Source: an archaeon | GTDB taxonomy: Archaea; Micrarchaeota; Micrarchaeia; Norongarragalinales; UBA97 | NCBI GenBank assembly: GCA_020057405.1 | Contig: JAGVFW010000011.1 | Location: forward strand, 36,344-100,343 | Direction: 5' to 3' | Length of the DNA stretch: 64,000 nt | In this document: positions 37,401 through 46,597 of the stretch, piece by piece | How the letters are laid out: each line of letters starts with the position of its first letter | Position numbering within the stretch: the stretch's first letter is position 1 | Position numbers and translations under genes: made by a program | The notes under the pieces: model-generated | The model's input: the letters and a program-made list of their open reading frames with translations, nothing else | Told to the model about the DNA's origin: nothing | Database searches by the model: none

Positions 37401-37974
37401 GGCAGCCCTTGCTCTGCAAGTTTCAATGACGCGCTCGGTATTTGAGGCAATGCAAAACTCCGTCGACTCGCAGAATGCCGCAAAGCTGGCGGTGAGCCGC
37501 GATGCCGTGCGAATCAATTCCCCGGACGCTGCAAAGCAGGCGGCGCTCGGGTTTTTCAAGCAGACCGTAAAAGGGGATGAATTCAACCCCGCGCCCGGAA
37601 GCGAAGTGCAATTCAGGGGAAAAACGGCAACAGTGGTTGAAGGCCCGGCAGGAAGGCCTGCCCTCTCAATTGCCGGCGAGCGGTTCCTGCCGGTGATGAA
37701 CAGGTACGGCGCGCCCATGGGAGCAAGCATTCCGGGCACGGCAGGGTTGCTGGCCAAGGCAAAAGAATCAAGCACGCAAGGCGGGGCGGGCGAAGGGTTT
37801 TCGCAAAAGGCGGGAGTGCTTGCGGCAGACCCAAAGACCGGAAAGCCCGTGCTTGAGCCTCAAGCTGAATCAACCCCGCGGGCGCCAATCGCGGCAGTGA
37901 AGCCGGCAAGGGCGGCGTACAGGGCGGGGATAAGCGCAAGAAATGCATACAGGCAAGCGACTGCAAGGGGATAA
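34465..37974 (+). CDS. Large secreted multidomain protein with a HEXXH zinc-metalloprotease motif
   Basis: Signal peptide, PT/PS linkers, VAHELAHT, possible Met-turn PIMG, Ig-like NAPTVQITSP...DADGDAL domain. Confidence 0.75.
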   Translation: MRKGAFRRAAFLFSLLLLVMAVPLRATNHTFECSRMAPADWIIQPAAEENMRDDSTMDKEEAAIAEQYDHCSYRNADNAINPQMNVLLFVQGVFHHKQAGADKYIANTVEGTKKYGVTGNTPDNRYWFFTGANWRIVVETAEFVSEYDPKTMKPKGYHYYAWKGRGEVWKQIGHCVLSVSGELFPPDLNYRFDPIPERGPYTTKQQAVEVGRGVLMRELAEKGEGLLAKASTAELQEFCMRSLDGTESAAPTPSPSPSPSPEPKCDTNGEIIFEPTQGVWQDDYHFADAPGKRIERIAQGQYNAELPMVVGRRSLIFGQRGAGAPDAVTDFERRTIKMKGTTTGTTAVMSRIKFSLDSLGASKTVYESANEIALPIGPPCGAQHAFSRTLPAGLGLPPATDFTFDSKGAYELKAELLRGSDSKPVGVQTSVFGNAVETKEMQVHFVATSVMPAIGALAAQNLAAWTRQLAQDSQAYIPDYFPLAQGPNAIQTLTYPVLRSYFSTLAQANQSWKAYWASALFTTGEDDERVYEHYRRQHMAAQVFGELSAGAMFGNADKIVVVIPSEEAGTLMGSGAVAISVTQKVVIVPYNINYTKPPHDTVAHELAHTMPFIWSADEMLAACADDYHNTNRTIAHGFRITYGGAPAVRGHVPAGGALPIMGVGTLVVGPAVWATDTLYDANSYTVWNDQCTYTHLADYMQAPVDPKLLLVRGEIARKDGKYFARLAPSYEFYGTPTLSANGTGSWRIVVRDASGTEGPSYAFEPGWELPTQPEHVILDLVSFTQAIPFEDNAASIEIYSSEGLEATMKLSANAPTVQITSPENNSNTEPQEQGTPIAWEAGDADGDALAYTVLYSSNGGESWRQEVFETTQTSAKIRLDDAPDHLVKVLATDGANSGEAVVAFSTRAKELQPTPEPQAASPQIELPQEIDFSFIPQSVASLLGGGIVRIDLYEGGTPASFWYELQEGGKAVRLAEPQGAALALQVSMTRSVFEAMQNSVDSQNAAKLAVSRDAVRINSPDAAKQAALGFFKQTVKGDEFNPAPGSEVQFRGKTATVVEGPAGRPALSIAGERFLPVMNRYGAPMGASIPGTAGLLAKAKESSTQGGAGEGFSQKAGVLAADPKTGKPVLEPQAESTPRAPIAAVKPARAAYRAGISARNAYRQATARG

Positions 37975-37975
37975 C

Positions 37976-38485
37976 ATGGATTCCAACAAACTGAAACCTG
38001 AAACTGGAGGGAAAAAAGAGCTTCCGCCCAAAGCGCCCTCGCTTTTTTCCAAAGCCGCGCCGTTTGCACTTGGTGCTATAGCGCTGCTCATAATTGCGGT
38101 AGTTTTTAGCGTTTTTATTCTGCCGAAAACGCCTTCTGCAGGCGGGGCGGGCTTGGAGGAGGCGGCCGACTTTTCCCCTTCACTCAAGGATTCTGCCGCC
38201 TACAAGGCATTGGCTGAAAGCGGGCTTGAAAACGCGATAGTTGAGTCAAAGGAAAACGAAGTGCTGGTCTACCTGCAGGTGGATGTGGGAAGGGACGGAA
38301 GGGAAGCTGCGTTTACCGCCCTTGGGGCGGCAGGCGCCCTTGCTAAGGCAGAAAGCACGGTGAAAGTGCAAGTAGAGCAGGGAGGCAAGAAAACTTTTTA
38401 CTCCGCAAGCGCTGCTGACGTGCACGCGCTGCTTGACGGCAAAATCAGCGACGAGGAATTTGAAAGCCGCGTGTCAAGCAATTAA
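37976..38485 (+). CDS. Hypothetical single-TM protein
   Basis: One TM helix; C-terminal GKISDEEF motif. Confidence 0.7.
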   Translation: MDSNKLKPETGGKKELPPKAPSLFSKAAPFALGAIALLIIAVVFSVFILPKTPSAGGAGLEEAADFSPSLKDSAAYKALAESGLENAIVESKENEVLVYLQVDVGRDGREAAFTALGAAGALAKAESTVKVQVEQGGKKTFYSASAADVHALLDGKISDEEFESRVSSN

Positions 38486-38583
38486 CCCGATTTCAGCCCA
38501 CGGTTCTTTCGTCACTGGCAGAAGGCGCTTTTTTCTCTTAAAGTCACGAGTATATAGTCCGGTTTGCCGTTGACATAATTACA

Positions 38584-39105
38584 ATGAATTACTTGCTTAT
38601 CGCACTTTTTGCGGCAGTGCTGCTTTTTGGCTGCGTTAGCCAAACAATACTGCCCGAGCCTACCGCAACGCCGACAGCCGCGCCAACAGTTACTGCGCAG
38701 CCTACTGCAATTGCTACTCCGATTCCGACAATCGTGTTTGTTGACGCGACGCCCGCTCCAAGCCCGACGCCAGTTTCAGAGTTCACTGAAATGACTTTCG
38801 ACGAGTTTCTTGCCGACTGCTCAAAGTCAACTAAGCTTACTGGAGTCCTGCGCGCCCAGCAGGTAAGGCTAGAAGGAAAGATTTCAACGATATACGACAT
38901 CGTCAACAGAAACGGCGTCATCATCACCCTCGAAGGTTTTGGCTCAGCTTCAAAGCCGACAGGAATGGAAGCGACCGGCTCCACGATTTACACGTTCTTC
39001 GGCACTCCGTCAAAGCACCCGATTGCCATCTACACTCAAAACGAATGCTGGCTTAAGTTAGAGAAAATCGAGAACACCGAGCAAGTCTATCCGTTGCCCG
39101 AATAA
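38584..39105 (+). CDS. Lipoprotein with Pro/Thr linker
   Basis: Lipobox LLFGC; PT-rich linker. Confidence 0.72.
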   Translation: MNYLLIALFAAVLLFGCVSQTILPEPTATPTAAPTVTAQPTAIATPIPTIVFVDATPAPSPTPVSEFTEMTFDEFLADCSKSTKLTGVLRAQQVRLEGKISTIYDIVNRNGVIITLEGFGSASKPTGMEATGSTIYTFFGTPSKHPIAIYTQNECWLKLEKIENTEQVYPLPE

Positions 39106-39192
39106 GGGAAAGTGGGCAAACTATTTTTTGAATTCTCGCTCGACGCGTGCATCAATCAATATGGTTATATCCTTCGGCGACCATAGTATTGC

Positions 39193-39522
39193 GTGGAGAA
39201 TCTGCCCGAGGCTATCGTTAGCGACGGTCGACTTCTGGAAAAGAAGTTTGATGCCGCCGACGGAGTCATTGACGCGGGCGAACTTGACCACCGCGAATTC
39301 TCTTCCGAACTAGTTAGGAAAGTCATTTACCTCCAGCGCGAGTTTTCCTCAAAGGAAGCCTGTGCGCGATACGACGAGGAGAAAGTCGACGGCTTTCGCG
39401 CGCTAGCAAGACATTTTCTAACGGAGCTAAAGGACGGTTCTCTGACAAGCGAAAGCACGCGTGAAGTCAGCCGCCACCTGAAGAACAACTTCCCCAAGCT
39501 GCAGATGCCCAAGAAAAGGTAG
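39193..39522 (+). CDS. Hypothetical protein
   Basis: 109-aa open frame with coding-like composition. Confidence 0.55.
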   Translation: MENLPEAIVSDGRLLEKKFDAADGVIDAGELDHREFSSELVRKVIYLQREFSSKEACARYDEEKVDGFRALARHFLTELKDGSLTSESTREVSRHLKNNFPKLQMPKKR

Positions 39523-39727
39523 CTGTCCGGGATTCCCGCTGCAATTAAAAGCAGGGTGTGGGTGCAACTAGTCTAACTTTATGGTCTTCAAAGTAATTCC
39601 GTTCCGCAACGGCACCCTACGGTGCAAGCTGGAGTACTTAGACTTTTAACAGCCGGTAAGAGCAGCAAACCGAGGGGCACTGCCGCACGGCAAAACTAAT
39701 AAGCCACAAAGGACACTCTTAGTCACT

Positions 39728-40546
39728 ATGAAAAGGCAGTTCCGGCTCGAACAGTTCAGGGAAACGCCAACGCCCGAGAAAGTCAGGCAAGTAAGGCAGT
39801 TTTTCCTCCTAGGCCATCCTAACCTAGTGATTTCCATTGCAGGAAAACCGGGCGCGGGCAAGAGCACGCTCGTGCGGGAACTTGCAAAATGGCTTGGCCT
39901 TAAGCACCAGGAAATGAGCGACCCAGCCTACGAGGAAGAGGAGAACGAGACTCACGAAGTTTCCTACCGTCACCTACCCGGCAGCCTTAATGAAAACAAG
40001 AAACTCGCAAAGCAGTATGCCGTAGTTGACGCGCTAATTGACGCAAAAGGAATCGAGGCCGCACAGAAGTTCGCCAAAGACCGGGGCGGCATTGTTGCCG
40101 GAAGAATGCCCGCGTTTTTTGGCATTCCGAACGTGATTGCAAGGATAAACGCCAGGTTAAAGGGCAGAAAAACGCGCAATCTCAGCGTCGAGCGGATTCG
40201 GGCGGAAGCAAACGTCACTGAAGTTACTCCGATTCCGATTGGAGTGAGGATTTTCTTGCATTGCGACCCCGTTGTCGCAGGCGAACGCAACTATTTCCGC
40301 GAACTCAGCCACGCTGGCTCCAAGGAACACCTAGAAAGCCCCGAACACGCGACCGAGAAAATACTCGATAGAGAAGCCGACGACCAAGCGCACTACCTCA
40401 AGCAATACGGCATAGACATCGCAGACCCCTCCAACTACGACATAATCATTGACACTACCAACCACAACAAAAACCCGCACGAAACGCTGATGGATGCCCT
40501 ATTCGCAATCCGGGCGCACCTGGAAAAGCAAGCAAAGCAGAGGTAA
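39728..40546 (+). CDS. Cytidylate kinase-like P-loop protein (divergent)
   Basis: ISIAGKPGAGKST, GR, RE..D...Y...YGID...YDIIIDT. Confidence 0.8.
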   Translation: MKRQFRLEQFRETPTPEKVRQVRQFFLLGHPNLVISIAGKPGAGKSTLVRELAKWLGLKHQEMSDPAYEEEENETHEVSYRHLPGSLNENKKLAKQYAVVDALIDAKGIEAAQKFAKDRGGIVAGRMPAFFGIPNVIARINARLKGRKTRNLSVERIRAEANVTEVTPIPIGVRIFLHCDPVVAGERNYFRELSHAGSKEHLESPEHATEKILDREADDQAHYLKQYGIDIADPSNYDIIIDTTNHNKNPHETLMDALFAIRAHLEKQAKQR

Positions 40547-40590
40547 CCGGCTATTGCGCCGCATGGGGAGGAGGGGTGTCGGTCGACCTT

Positions 40591-41157
40591 TTACTTTAGC
40601 ACTACCATGTTCGTCATGCCGAAGGCGTGCGTCTCGACCGCGCCCTTGCCCTTGAGGCGGTTGACAATCCGGTGCGTCTTTACTGCAGAGAAGCCGGTCT
40701 TTACCGACAAGTCCTTTTGAGTGAGCTTGCCGCCGGCCTCGCGGAGCTTGGCAACGGCCTGCTTTTCCTCATCGCTCAGGACAAACGCGTAAACCTCGTC
40801 TTTTGCTTCCGCCCGGTTGTGCGCGTTAAGAAAACGCCACAAGTAATAGCCATTGGCAAGGAAGGCAACTGCGGTAAGCAGGTGGAGCAGGTTGAAGGGA
40901 GAAAGTATTAGCGAGAGCGGGTCAAGGGCAATTGAGGGGCGAGTAAACGGCCTGAACGTTCCGTTTAGCGCTTCGGGAGAAGACGTAATAATTTGGCGCG
41001 GTTCCTCAAAATAGCCGCCGCCCCTTCCGGGCATGAATGAGAGGAACTCGTGGCGCCAGAAAATTGAATAGAGCTGGGCAAGGTAAAGCAAGGCTAGGAA
41101 TCCACCAAAGATTAGCGAGAACAGCATGAGTACCTTAAGGTGTTTTGGGGATGCCAT
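40591..41157 (-). CDS. Membrane-anchored winged-HTH regulator
   Basis: Two TM helices flanking a loop; C-terminal LSDEEK...GKLTQKDL..TGFSAVKTHRIV..L..KG. Confidence 0.8.
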   Translation of the reverse strand: MASPKHLKVLMLFSLIFGGFLALLYLAQLYSIFWRHEFLSFMPGRGGGYFEEPRQIITSSPEALNGTFRPFTRPSIALDPLSLILSPFNLLHLLTAVAFLANGYYLWRFLNAHNRAEAKDEVYAFVLSDEEKQAVAKLREAGGKLTQKDLSVKTGFSAVKTHRIVNRLKGKGAVETHAFGMTNMVVLK

Positions 41158-41172
41158 TTCAATCATTTCAGG

Positions 41173-41198
41173 TTATTACTTATTACAGCTTATTACAG
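41173..41198. promoter_or_regulatory. Tandem direct-repeat operator candidate
   Basis: TTATTAC three times; CTTATTACAG twice with 10-bp periodicity, in the divergent promoter. Confidence 0.55.
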
Positions 41199-41234
41199 GC
41201 AAGACATATATCCCATTACGTCGTTAAAAGCCTT

Positions 41235-41912
41235 ATGGAAAAAGCAGTGCTGCGGCTTCACGACGTGCACAAGACGTATTTCCTTGACGGCGTCGAAGTC
41301 CGCGCTTTACGGGGCGTCACCCTCGACATCAGGAAAGGCGACTTTCTTGCAATCACGGGCGCGTCGGGGAGCGGCAAGTCGACCTTGCTTAACGTCATCG
41401 GCTGCCTTGACTCGCCAACTAGCGGGCGCGTTGAAATCAACGGCGTTGACACCGCGACTCTGGACGACGACCGGCTGGCCCGCATGCGAGGAAAGGAAAT
41501 AGGCTTCGTGTTCCAGTCGTTTAACCTGCAGCCTAACATGACTGTTTGGGAAAACGTGGCGCTCGCCATGCGCATCCACGAGTACCCCGAGGAAGAAGTT
41601 ACTGAAACGGTCACCCGACTGCTTGCCGATGTTGGCCTCTCAGACCGGATTGGCCACTACCCAAACCAGCTCTCAGGCGGCCAGCAGCAGCGCGTGGCAA
41701 TAGCGCGGGCGCTCTCGACAAACCCGGCGATTATTCTTGCCGACGAGCCTACGGGCAACCTGGACTCGGAGTCTGGCGGGCACATCATGGAACTGCTTGC
41801 GCGCATCAACAAGGAAGACAAGGTTACGGTAGTCGTCGTAACCCACGAGCCTACAGTCGTTAGCTACGCAAGGCGCAAAGTGCACGTAAAGGACGGCAAA
41901 ATCAACGCTTAA
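41235..41912 (+). CDS. ABC transporter ATP-binding protein (LolD/MacB type)
   Basis: GASGSGKS, LSGGQQQR, ILADEPTGNLD, VTH. Confidence 0.95.
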   Translation: MEKAVLRLHDVHKTYFLDGVEVRALRGVTLDIRKGDFLAITGASGSGKSTLLNVIGCLDSPTSGRVEINGVDTATLDDDRLARMRGKEIGFVFQSFNLQPNMTVWENVALAMRIHEYPEEEVTETVTRLLADVGLSDRIGHYPNQLSGGQQQRVAIARALSTNPAIILADEPTGNLDSESGGHIMELLARINKEDKVTVVVVTHEPTVVSYARRKVHVKDGKINA

Positions 41913-41938
41913 AACAAAATCGGGGAGTGGTGGAGATT

Positions 41939-43273
41939 ATGAAAAAAGCAATCTGGCTGGTAATCATCATGGCGGTGGCGCTCATTCACTTCGCGAGCGC
42001 AGTCACTGGCTCCGACTACGTCGACGTCCAGGTCCAGAACCTGCGGCTCGTCCCCTATCCAGTCGAGCCCGGCCAGTACTTCACAATCTACTTCGAGCTA
42101 TACAACAACGGCAACCTCGAGGCCAGCAACGTCGTCTTCACCCTAACGCCGAAGTACCCGTTCTCGCTTGAGCCAGCCGACAACCCAACGACAGTCATTT
42201 CCGGCCTTCCTGGCGGGAGCAGGCGCCTAGTGCAGTACCGCGTGCGCGTGGCACCGGACGCGATTGACGGCGCCAACGACCTTGGCTACACGCTGACCTA
42301 CAACAATGTGCAGGGCGGAAAGACCTCGTTCAGCGTGCCGGTAACTCGCAAGAATAACCTGCGCATCACAAGCGTCACCCCAACGCGCATCAAGCCCGGC
42401 GTCGAGACACAGTTAACATTCACCCTCTCGAACATAGGCAATGCGACGGCACAAGGCATCACGCTTTCGTGGTCAGAACCCAGTGGCCTCATCATCCCCC
42501 TTGGCTCTGAAAACAGGCGCGACATTGTGCAACTCGGGCCCGGCGAAAAGCAGGACGTCACCTTCGACGTCATAGCCGACCCGTCGATAGCTCCAGGCGC
42601 ATACCTTCTTACCGCAAACGTGTCCTATGCGGGCGGCAACTCGACCGCGTCGTTTACAAGCAAGACCGGCGTGGTCGTCGGCGGAGATGCCGACCTTGAA
42701 GTGAGCGTCCAGGACTACACCCAAGGCCAGCTCTCGATAGCGATTGCCAACACGGGCACCAACCCGGCGGCGGCAACTAGCGTCACCATACCACGCCAGC
42801 CAGGCGTCACAGTCACGGGCGCTAGCACGCAGTTCATCGGCAACCTGCAGCGCGGCGACTTCACTCTCGCGACTTTCCAAATCCAGCAAACGGCGGTCGA
42901 TGCGGGCGTCCAGGCGACGCCGTCAGGCGGCAGGCAGGGCAGGCTCGGGGGAGGCAACTTCACCGGCGGCGCGTTTAGGGGCAACTTCAGCGCCAGCGCA
43001 AACGAAGTGATGGTTCAGGTCGCCTACACAAACACGCTTGGAGAACGAAAGACAATAATGCAAGCCGTGCAGCTCACTACAGGCGGCGCGCTGGCAACAG
43101 GTGCGGGCGGGTTTGCAGGCCGCTCGGGGCAGCAGGCTAATGCCACGCCGTGGTACTATTACGCCGGCGGTGCGGTAGTCCTCATTGCAGTCGGGTGGCT
43201 GGCGCACAAGCGCTTCAAGAAGAAGCTGCCAGCCGTTGCCGCGCAAACACACGCCAAGCAGGAGCGCCACTAG
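41939..43273 (+). CDS. COG1361 S-layer-domain-like protein
   Basis: Signal peptide, PYPVEPG, Ig-like repeats (NNG/NIG/NTG), C-terminal TM; lies between ABC genes. Confidence 0.8.
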   Translation: MKKAIWLVIIMAVALIHFASAVTGSDYVDVQVQNLRLVPYPVEPGQYFTIYFELYNNGNLEASNVVFTLTPKYPFSLEPADNPTTVISGLPGGSRRLVQYRVRVAPDAIDGANDLGYTLTYNNVQGGKTSFSVPVTRKNNLRITSVTPTRIKPGVETQLTFTLSNIGNATAQGITLSWSEPSGLIIPLGSENRRDIVQLGPGEKQDVTFDVIADPSIAPGAYLLTANVSYAGGNSTASFTSKTGVVVGGDADLEVSVQDYTQGQLSIAIANTGTNPAAATSVTIPRQPGVTVTGASTQFIGNLQRGDFTLATFQIQQTAVDAGVQATPSGGRQGRLGGGNFTGGAFRGNFSASANEVMVQVAYTNTLGERKTIMQAVQLTTGGALATGAGGFAGRSGQQANATPWYYYAGGAVVLIAVGWLAHKRFKKKLPAVAAQTHAKQERH

Positions 43274-43305
43274 CTTAGGAGGAAAAGGGTGAGGGGCGCG
43301 ATAGG

Positions 43306-44574
43306 ATGAAGCTCAGTTACTCCGCGAGCCTGGCTCTGTCAAACCTGGCTAGAAGCAAGCTACGCACGTGGCTCACCATCACGGGAATCGTCATCGGCGT
43401 TGCGGCTGTGGTCCTCATCGTTAGCATCGGCAACGGGCTGCAGGCAAATGTCCAGAGCCAGTTAAGCGGCTTTGGCGCCGACATCATCACAGTCTCCCCC
43501 GGCTTCAGCCGCGCTGCAGGCGCCTTCGGAGGCTTTCGGGGAGGCGGGGGCGGCGACTTTTTTGGCGGCGGGCAAAGGCAGGAAGGCAACCTGACGACCA
43601 AGGACCTGCAGGCAATACGCATTTCGACCAACGTGAAAGTCGCGACCGGCACGATCAACGGGAGGGAAACCATGACTTTCGGCAGCGAGTCAAGCAACGT
43701 GCAAGTGCGCGGGGTCGATGTTTTGACTTGGAGCGCGTTTACTACTGACACGGTCGCTCAAGGCAGGGGCTTGACGCCAAGCGACTCCAATGCCATACTC
43801 GTCGGAAGCCGGATTGCAACCAGCTTGTTCAAACGGCCATTAACGCCCAACGCGGTTGTCGAAATCGCGGGGCACACCTTCCGCGTCGCGGGCATACTCG
43901 CTGCGAGCGGCACACAAGGTGGCGACGACAACGCAGTCATCATGCCCATAGCGCAGGCCCGACAGGTCATTGAAGGCCTGACGCCCGACCAGTTCAACAC
44001 CATTTCAGTCAAGGTCAAGGACGCTAGCACTGCAATCGACACTGCGTCCGAGCTTGACCGCCGCCTGTCGATAGAGCGCCACGTCACAAATCAGACTAAG
44101 GACTTCACCGTTACGGCCGCACAGACCATACAACAGACGATTTCGAGCGTCACTTCCTCGATATCGCTGTTCCTTGCCGGCATCGCAGCCATTTCACTCC
44201 TTGTAGGCGCAATCGGCATCGCAAACACCATGTTCATGACCGTGCTCGAGCGCACGCGCCAAATCGGCGTGCTCAAGGCACTCGGCGCCACGAGCAGGGA
44301 AATAACGCTGTTGTTCCTCATCGAATCCGCCATCTTAGGAATCACGGGCGGCATCATAGGACTCGCGATCAGCTTCGCTGTTGCTGCAACGATTTCCCAA
44401 ATCAACCTAGGCTTCCCCACCGCAGGCGCTAGAGGGGGCGGGGCGTTCCTAATTACGCCCGACCTCGCAATCTTTGCTCTCTTGTTCTCTGCAATCATCG
44501 GCATGGTCGCAGGCTACATTCCGGCACGCCAAGCCTCAAGGCTAAAGCCCGTTGAAGCGCTAAGGTACGAGTGA
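43306..44574 (+). CDS. ABC transporter permease (MacB/FtsX type)
   Basis: RTWLTITGIVIG, GIANTM..VLERTRQIGVLKALGA, PARQASRLKPVEALRYE. Confidence 0.95.
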   Translation: MKLSYSASLALSNLARSKLRTWLTITGIVIGVAAVVLIVSIGNGLQANVQSQLSGFGADIITVSPGFSRAAGAFGGFRGGGGGDFFGGGQRQEGNLTTKDLQAIRISTNVKVATGTINGRETMTFGSESSNVQVRGVDVLTWSAFTTDTVAQGRGLTPSDSNAILVGSRIATSLFKRPLTPNAVVEIAGHTFRVAGILAASGTQGGDDNAVIMPIAQARQVIEGLTPDQFNTISVKVKDASTAIDTASELDRRLSIERHVTNQTKDFTVTAAQTIQQTISSVTSSISLFLAGIAAISLLVGAIGIANTMFMTVLERTRQIGVLKALGATSREITLLFLIESAILGITGGIIGLAISFAVAATISQINLGFPTAGARGGGAFLITPDLAIFALLFSAIIGMVAGYIPARQASRLKPVEALRYE

Positions 44575-44577
44575 ATC

Positions 44578-46521
44578 TTACGCCGAATCGCGCGCACTCG
44601 CGTGCAATCTAAAGCGCCTATAGGCAAGCGCACCAGCAGCCAAGCCCGCAACCGCAAGCCACGGCAATATCGAACCACTGGTTGTGGCAACCGGTGATGG
44701 CGAGGCTGCCCCGTCTTGCACTTTCTTTTCCAGCGCGTCAATCAGCCCGCGGGCGCCCGCAGAATCACCAGAGCTGATGTGCTCCTCGATTGCGCTTACT
44801 TCATTCGCATACTTTTGCGCGTCAAAGCCCGGCAATTTCTTGATTGCGTCAAGCGCGGTCTTTAGGGAATCGGGGTCATTTGGCGACGGCGAGCCCCCAT
44901 TGACGGGAGTCGAGGGATTGGGCGGGGATGACGGGCCAGGCGAAGAGGATGGACCCGGAGAAGGGGACGGCCCGGGCGAGGATGACGGCGATGGCGTAGG
45001 TATCGACGGGCTTGGCGTAGGGGTGAAAGCTGGAGCAGAAGGGCTAGGCGTTGGCGAAGAAGAGTTGGCTACAGTCAAGGAATTCAGGTAAATGCTTCCG
45101 CCCGAAGTAGTGTAAGCGCCGATAACCGCCTGCGGTGCCCCAGCGCTTCGAAAACTCCCGCCTGAAACGGAAAAACCGGCGCCGTCACCGTCGGCGGCCC
45201 CGTCAAACCGCATGCCGAAGGTGCTTGAGAGGCCAACGCGGCCCGCCGCAATTGGGGAATTAATGAAGTACGCGCTGCCGGAAAAAACGCGGTTGTTGAA
45301 GCCGGCGCCGTAAGCGCCCAAAAGCAAGTCGCCCTTGCCATCACCATCCAAGTCGCCTGCAAAAATCGAGTAGCCAAGAAAGCCGTTTGCAAACGCGCCG
45401 TCAAACTCCGCATACGAGCCTGAAGACAAGTCGGTCACGCTTTGGGCCGTTTTGAGGCCTGCAACGACATACGCGCTGCCGGAGTCAACCCCGCCGTAAT
45501 CAGCGCGGGGCGCACCCACGGCCAGGTCTAAAACCCCGTCGCCGTCGGCATCAAGCGAAGTAAGGGAATAACCAAGCTCATCGTACGGCGAGGCACCGTC
45601 AATGCGGCGCGAGAACGCCGACTCAGCGGCCAAATTGCCGCCTGCCGAAACGGCAAGCACGTAAACGCTGCCTGAATCGATTCGGCCATTGTTGTCGGCC
45701 CGCGGCGCTGCGGCAACCGCCTGCTTTGAGCCGGCGCCAGTCACGTCGGCAGCCATCACCGCGTGACCAAGCCTGTCACCCGCAGTACCGCCGTCAAACC
45801 GCGCGAAATAAGTCGAGGCATTTGCAAGGTTTGCCGAAGCACCTGCATGGATGGACTGGCCGGGAATGACGTAAACGCTGCCGGAGGCGCCCAATGAATT
45901 GAAGCTTGCCTGCGGGGCGCCCACAAGCAGGTCGCCCGCACCGTCGCCGTCAACATCGCCAACTGCAACGGAATAACCGGCGTAGTCACTTGCCGAGGCG
46001 CCCGCAATCCTCGCCGAATAGTTTGAGTCCGCCGACAGGACAAGCGTTTGCGGCAGTTGCGTGCCGCCAAAGACGATGAACACGCTGCCGGCAAAAGAAG
46101 TGCTTGAGCTGTCTTTGGGCGCAGCCAGTACCAGGTCGGCCTTGCCGTCAGAATTCAAGTCACCGATTGCAACGGCTCCGCCAAGTTCGGCGTAAGACCC
46201 GGGGCCGTCAAAGCGGACGGCGTAGGAGGCGGGATCGGAAAGCACGGCGCTTGACGTGCCCGCAAACGAGTTGCCGTAAATAATGTAGACGCTGCCCGAG
46301 CGCACGCCATTGTGGCCGGCGTAAGGGGCTCCGACTATCAGGTCGGCAACGCCGTCGCCGTCAACATCGCCGGAGGCAATAGAAAAGCCGGCCTGCGAAG
46401 AGGCCTCGCCGTCAAAACGCTTGTCAAAAACGGAGTTTAAGTCAACAGTGCCCGCCAAGGCGGCGCCTGCCATAGACGCGAACAAAATCAAGACTAGTGC
46501 AAGCCGTACGGGCACTGCCAT
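44578..46521 (-). CDS. FG-GAP (integrin-alpha-like beta-propeller) surface protein
   Basis: Signal peptide; about seven G.S...GD.DGDG..DL.VGAP repeats; PS-rich linker; C-terminal TM. Confidence 0.9.
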   Translation of the reverse strand: MAVPVRLALVLILFASMAGAALAGTVDLNSVFDKRFDGEASSQAGFSIASGDVDGDGVADLIVGAPYAGHNGVRSGSVYIIYGNSFAGTSSAVLSDPASYAVRFDGPGSYAELGGAVAIGDLNSDGKADLVLAAPKDSSSTSFAGSVFIVFGGTQLPQTLVLSADSNYSARIAGASASDYAGYSVAVGDVDGDGAGDLLVGAPQASFNSLGASGSVYVIPGQSIHAGASANLANASTYFARFDGGTAGDRLGHAVMAADVTGAGSKQAVAAAPRADNNGRIDSGSVYVLAVSAGGNLAAESAFSRRIDGASPYDELGYSLTSLDADGDGVLDLAVGAPRADYGGVDSGSAYVVAGLKTAQSVTDLSSGSYAEFDGAFANGFLGYSIFAGDLDGDGKGDLLLGAYGAGFNNRVFSGSAYFINSPIAAGRVGLSSTFGMRFDGAADGDGAGFSVSGGSFRSAGAPQAVIGAYTTSGGSIYLNSLTVANSSSPTPSPSAPAFTPTPSPSIPTPSPSSSPGPSPSPGPSSSPGPSSPPNPSTPVNGGSPSPNDPDSLKTALDAIKKLPGFDAQKYANEVSAIEEHISSGDSAGARGLIDALEKKVQDGAASPSPVATTSGSILPWLAVAGLAAGALAYRRFRLHASARDSA

Positions 46522-46597
46522 GAAATGCGTTACGCAAGCGGCCTTTAAAAGCAACCCGCAATTTTAATAACTGACAGGAGATATTAGAGCCGATTAC

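Noticed and set aside
30757-40546. Integrated provirus or plasmid at tRNA-Asn
   Set aside because: No integrase, replication or capsid gene, and no duplicated tRNA 3' end seen by eye.
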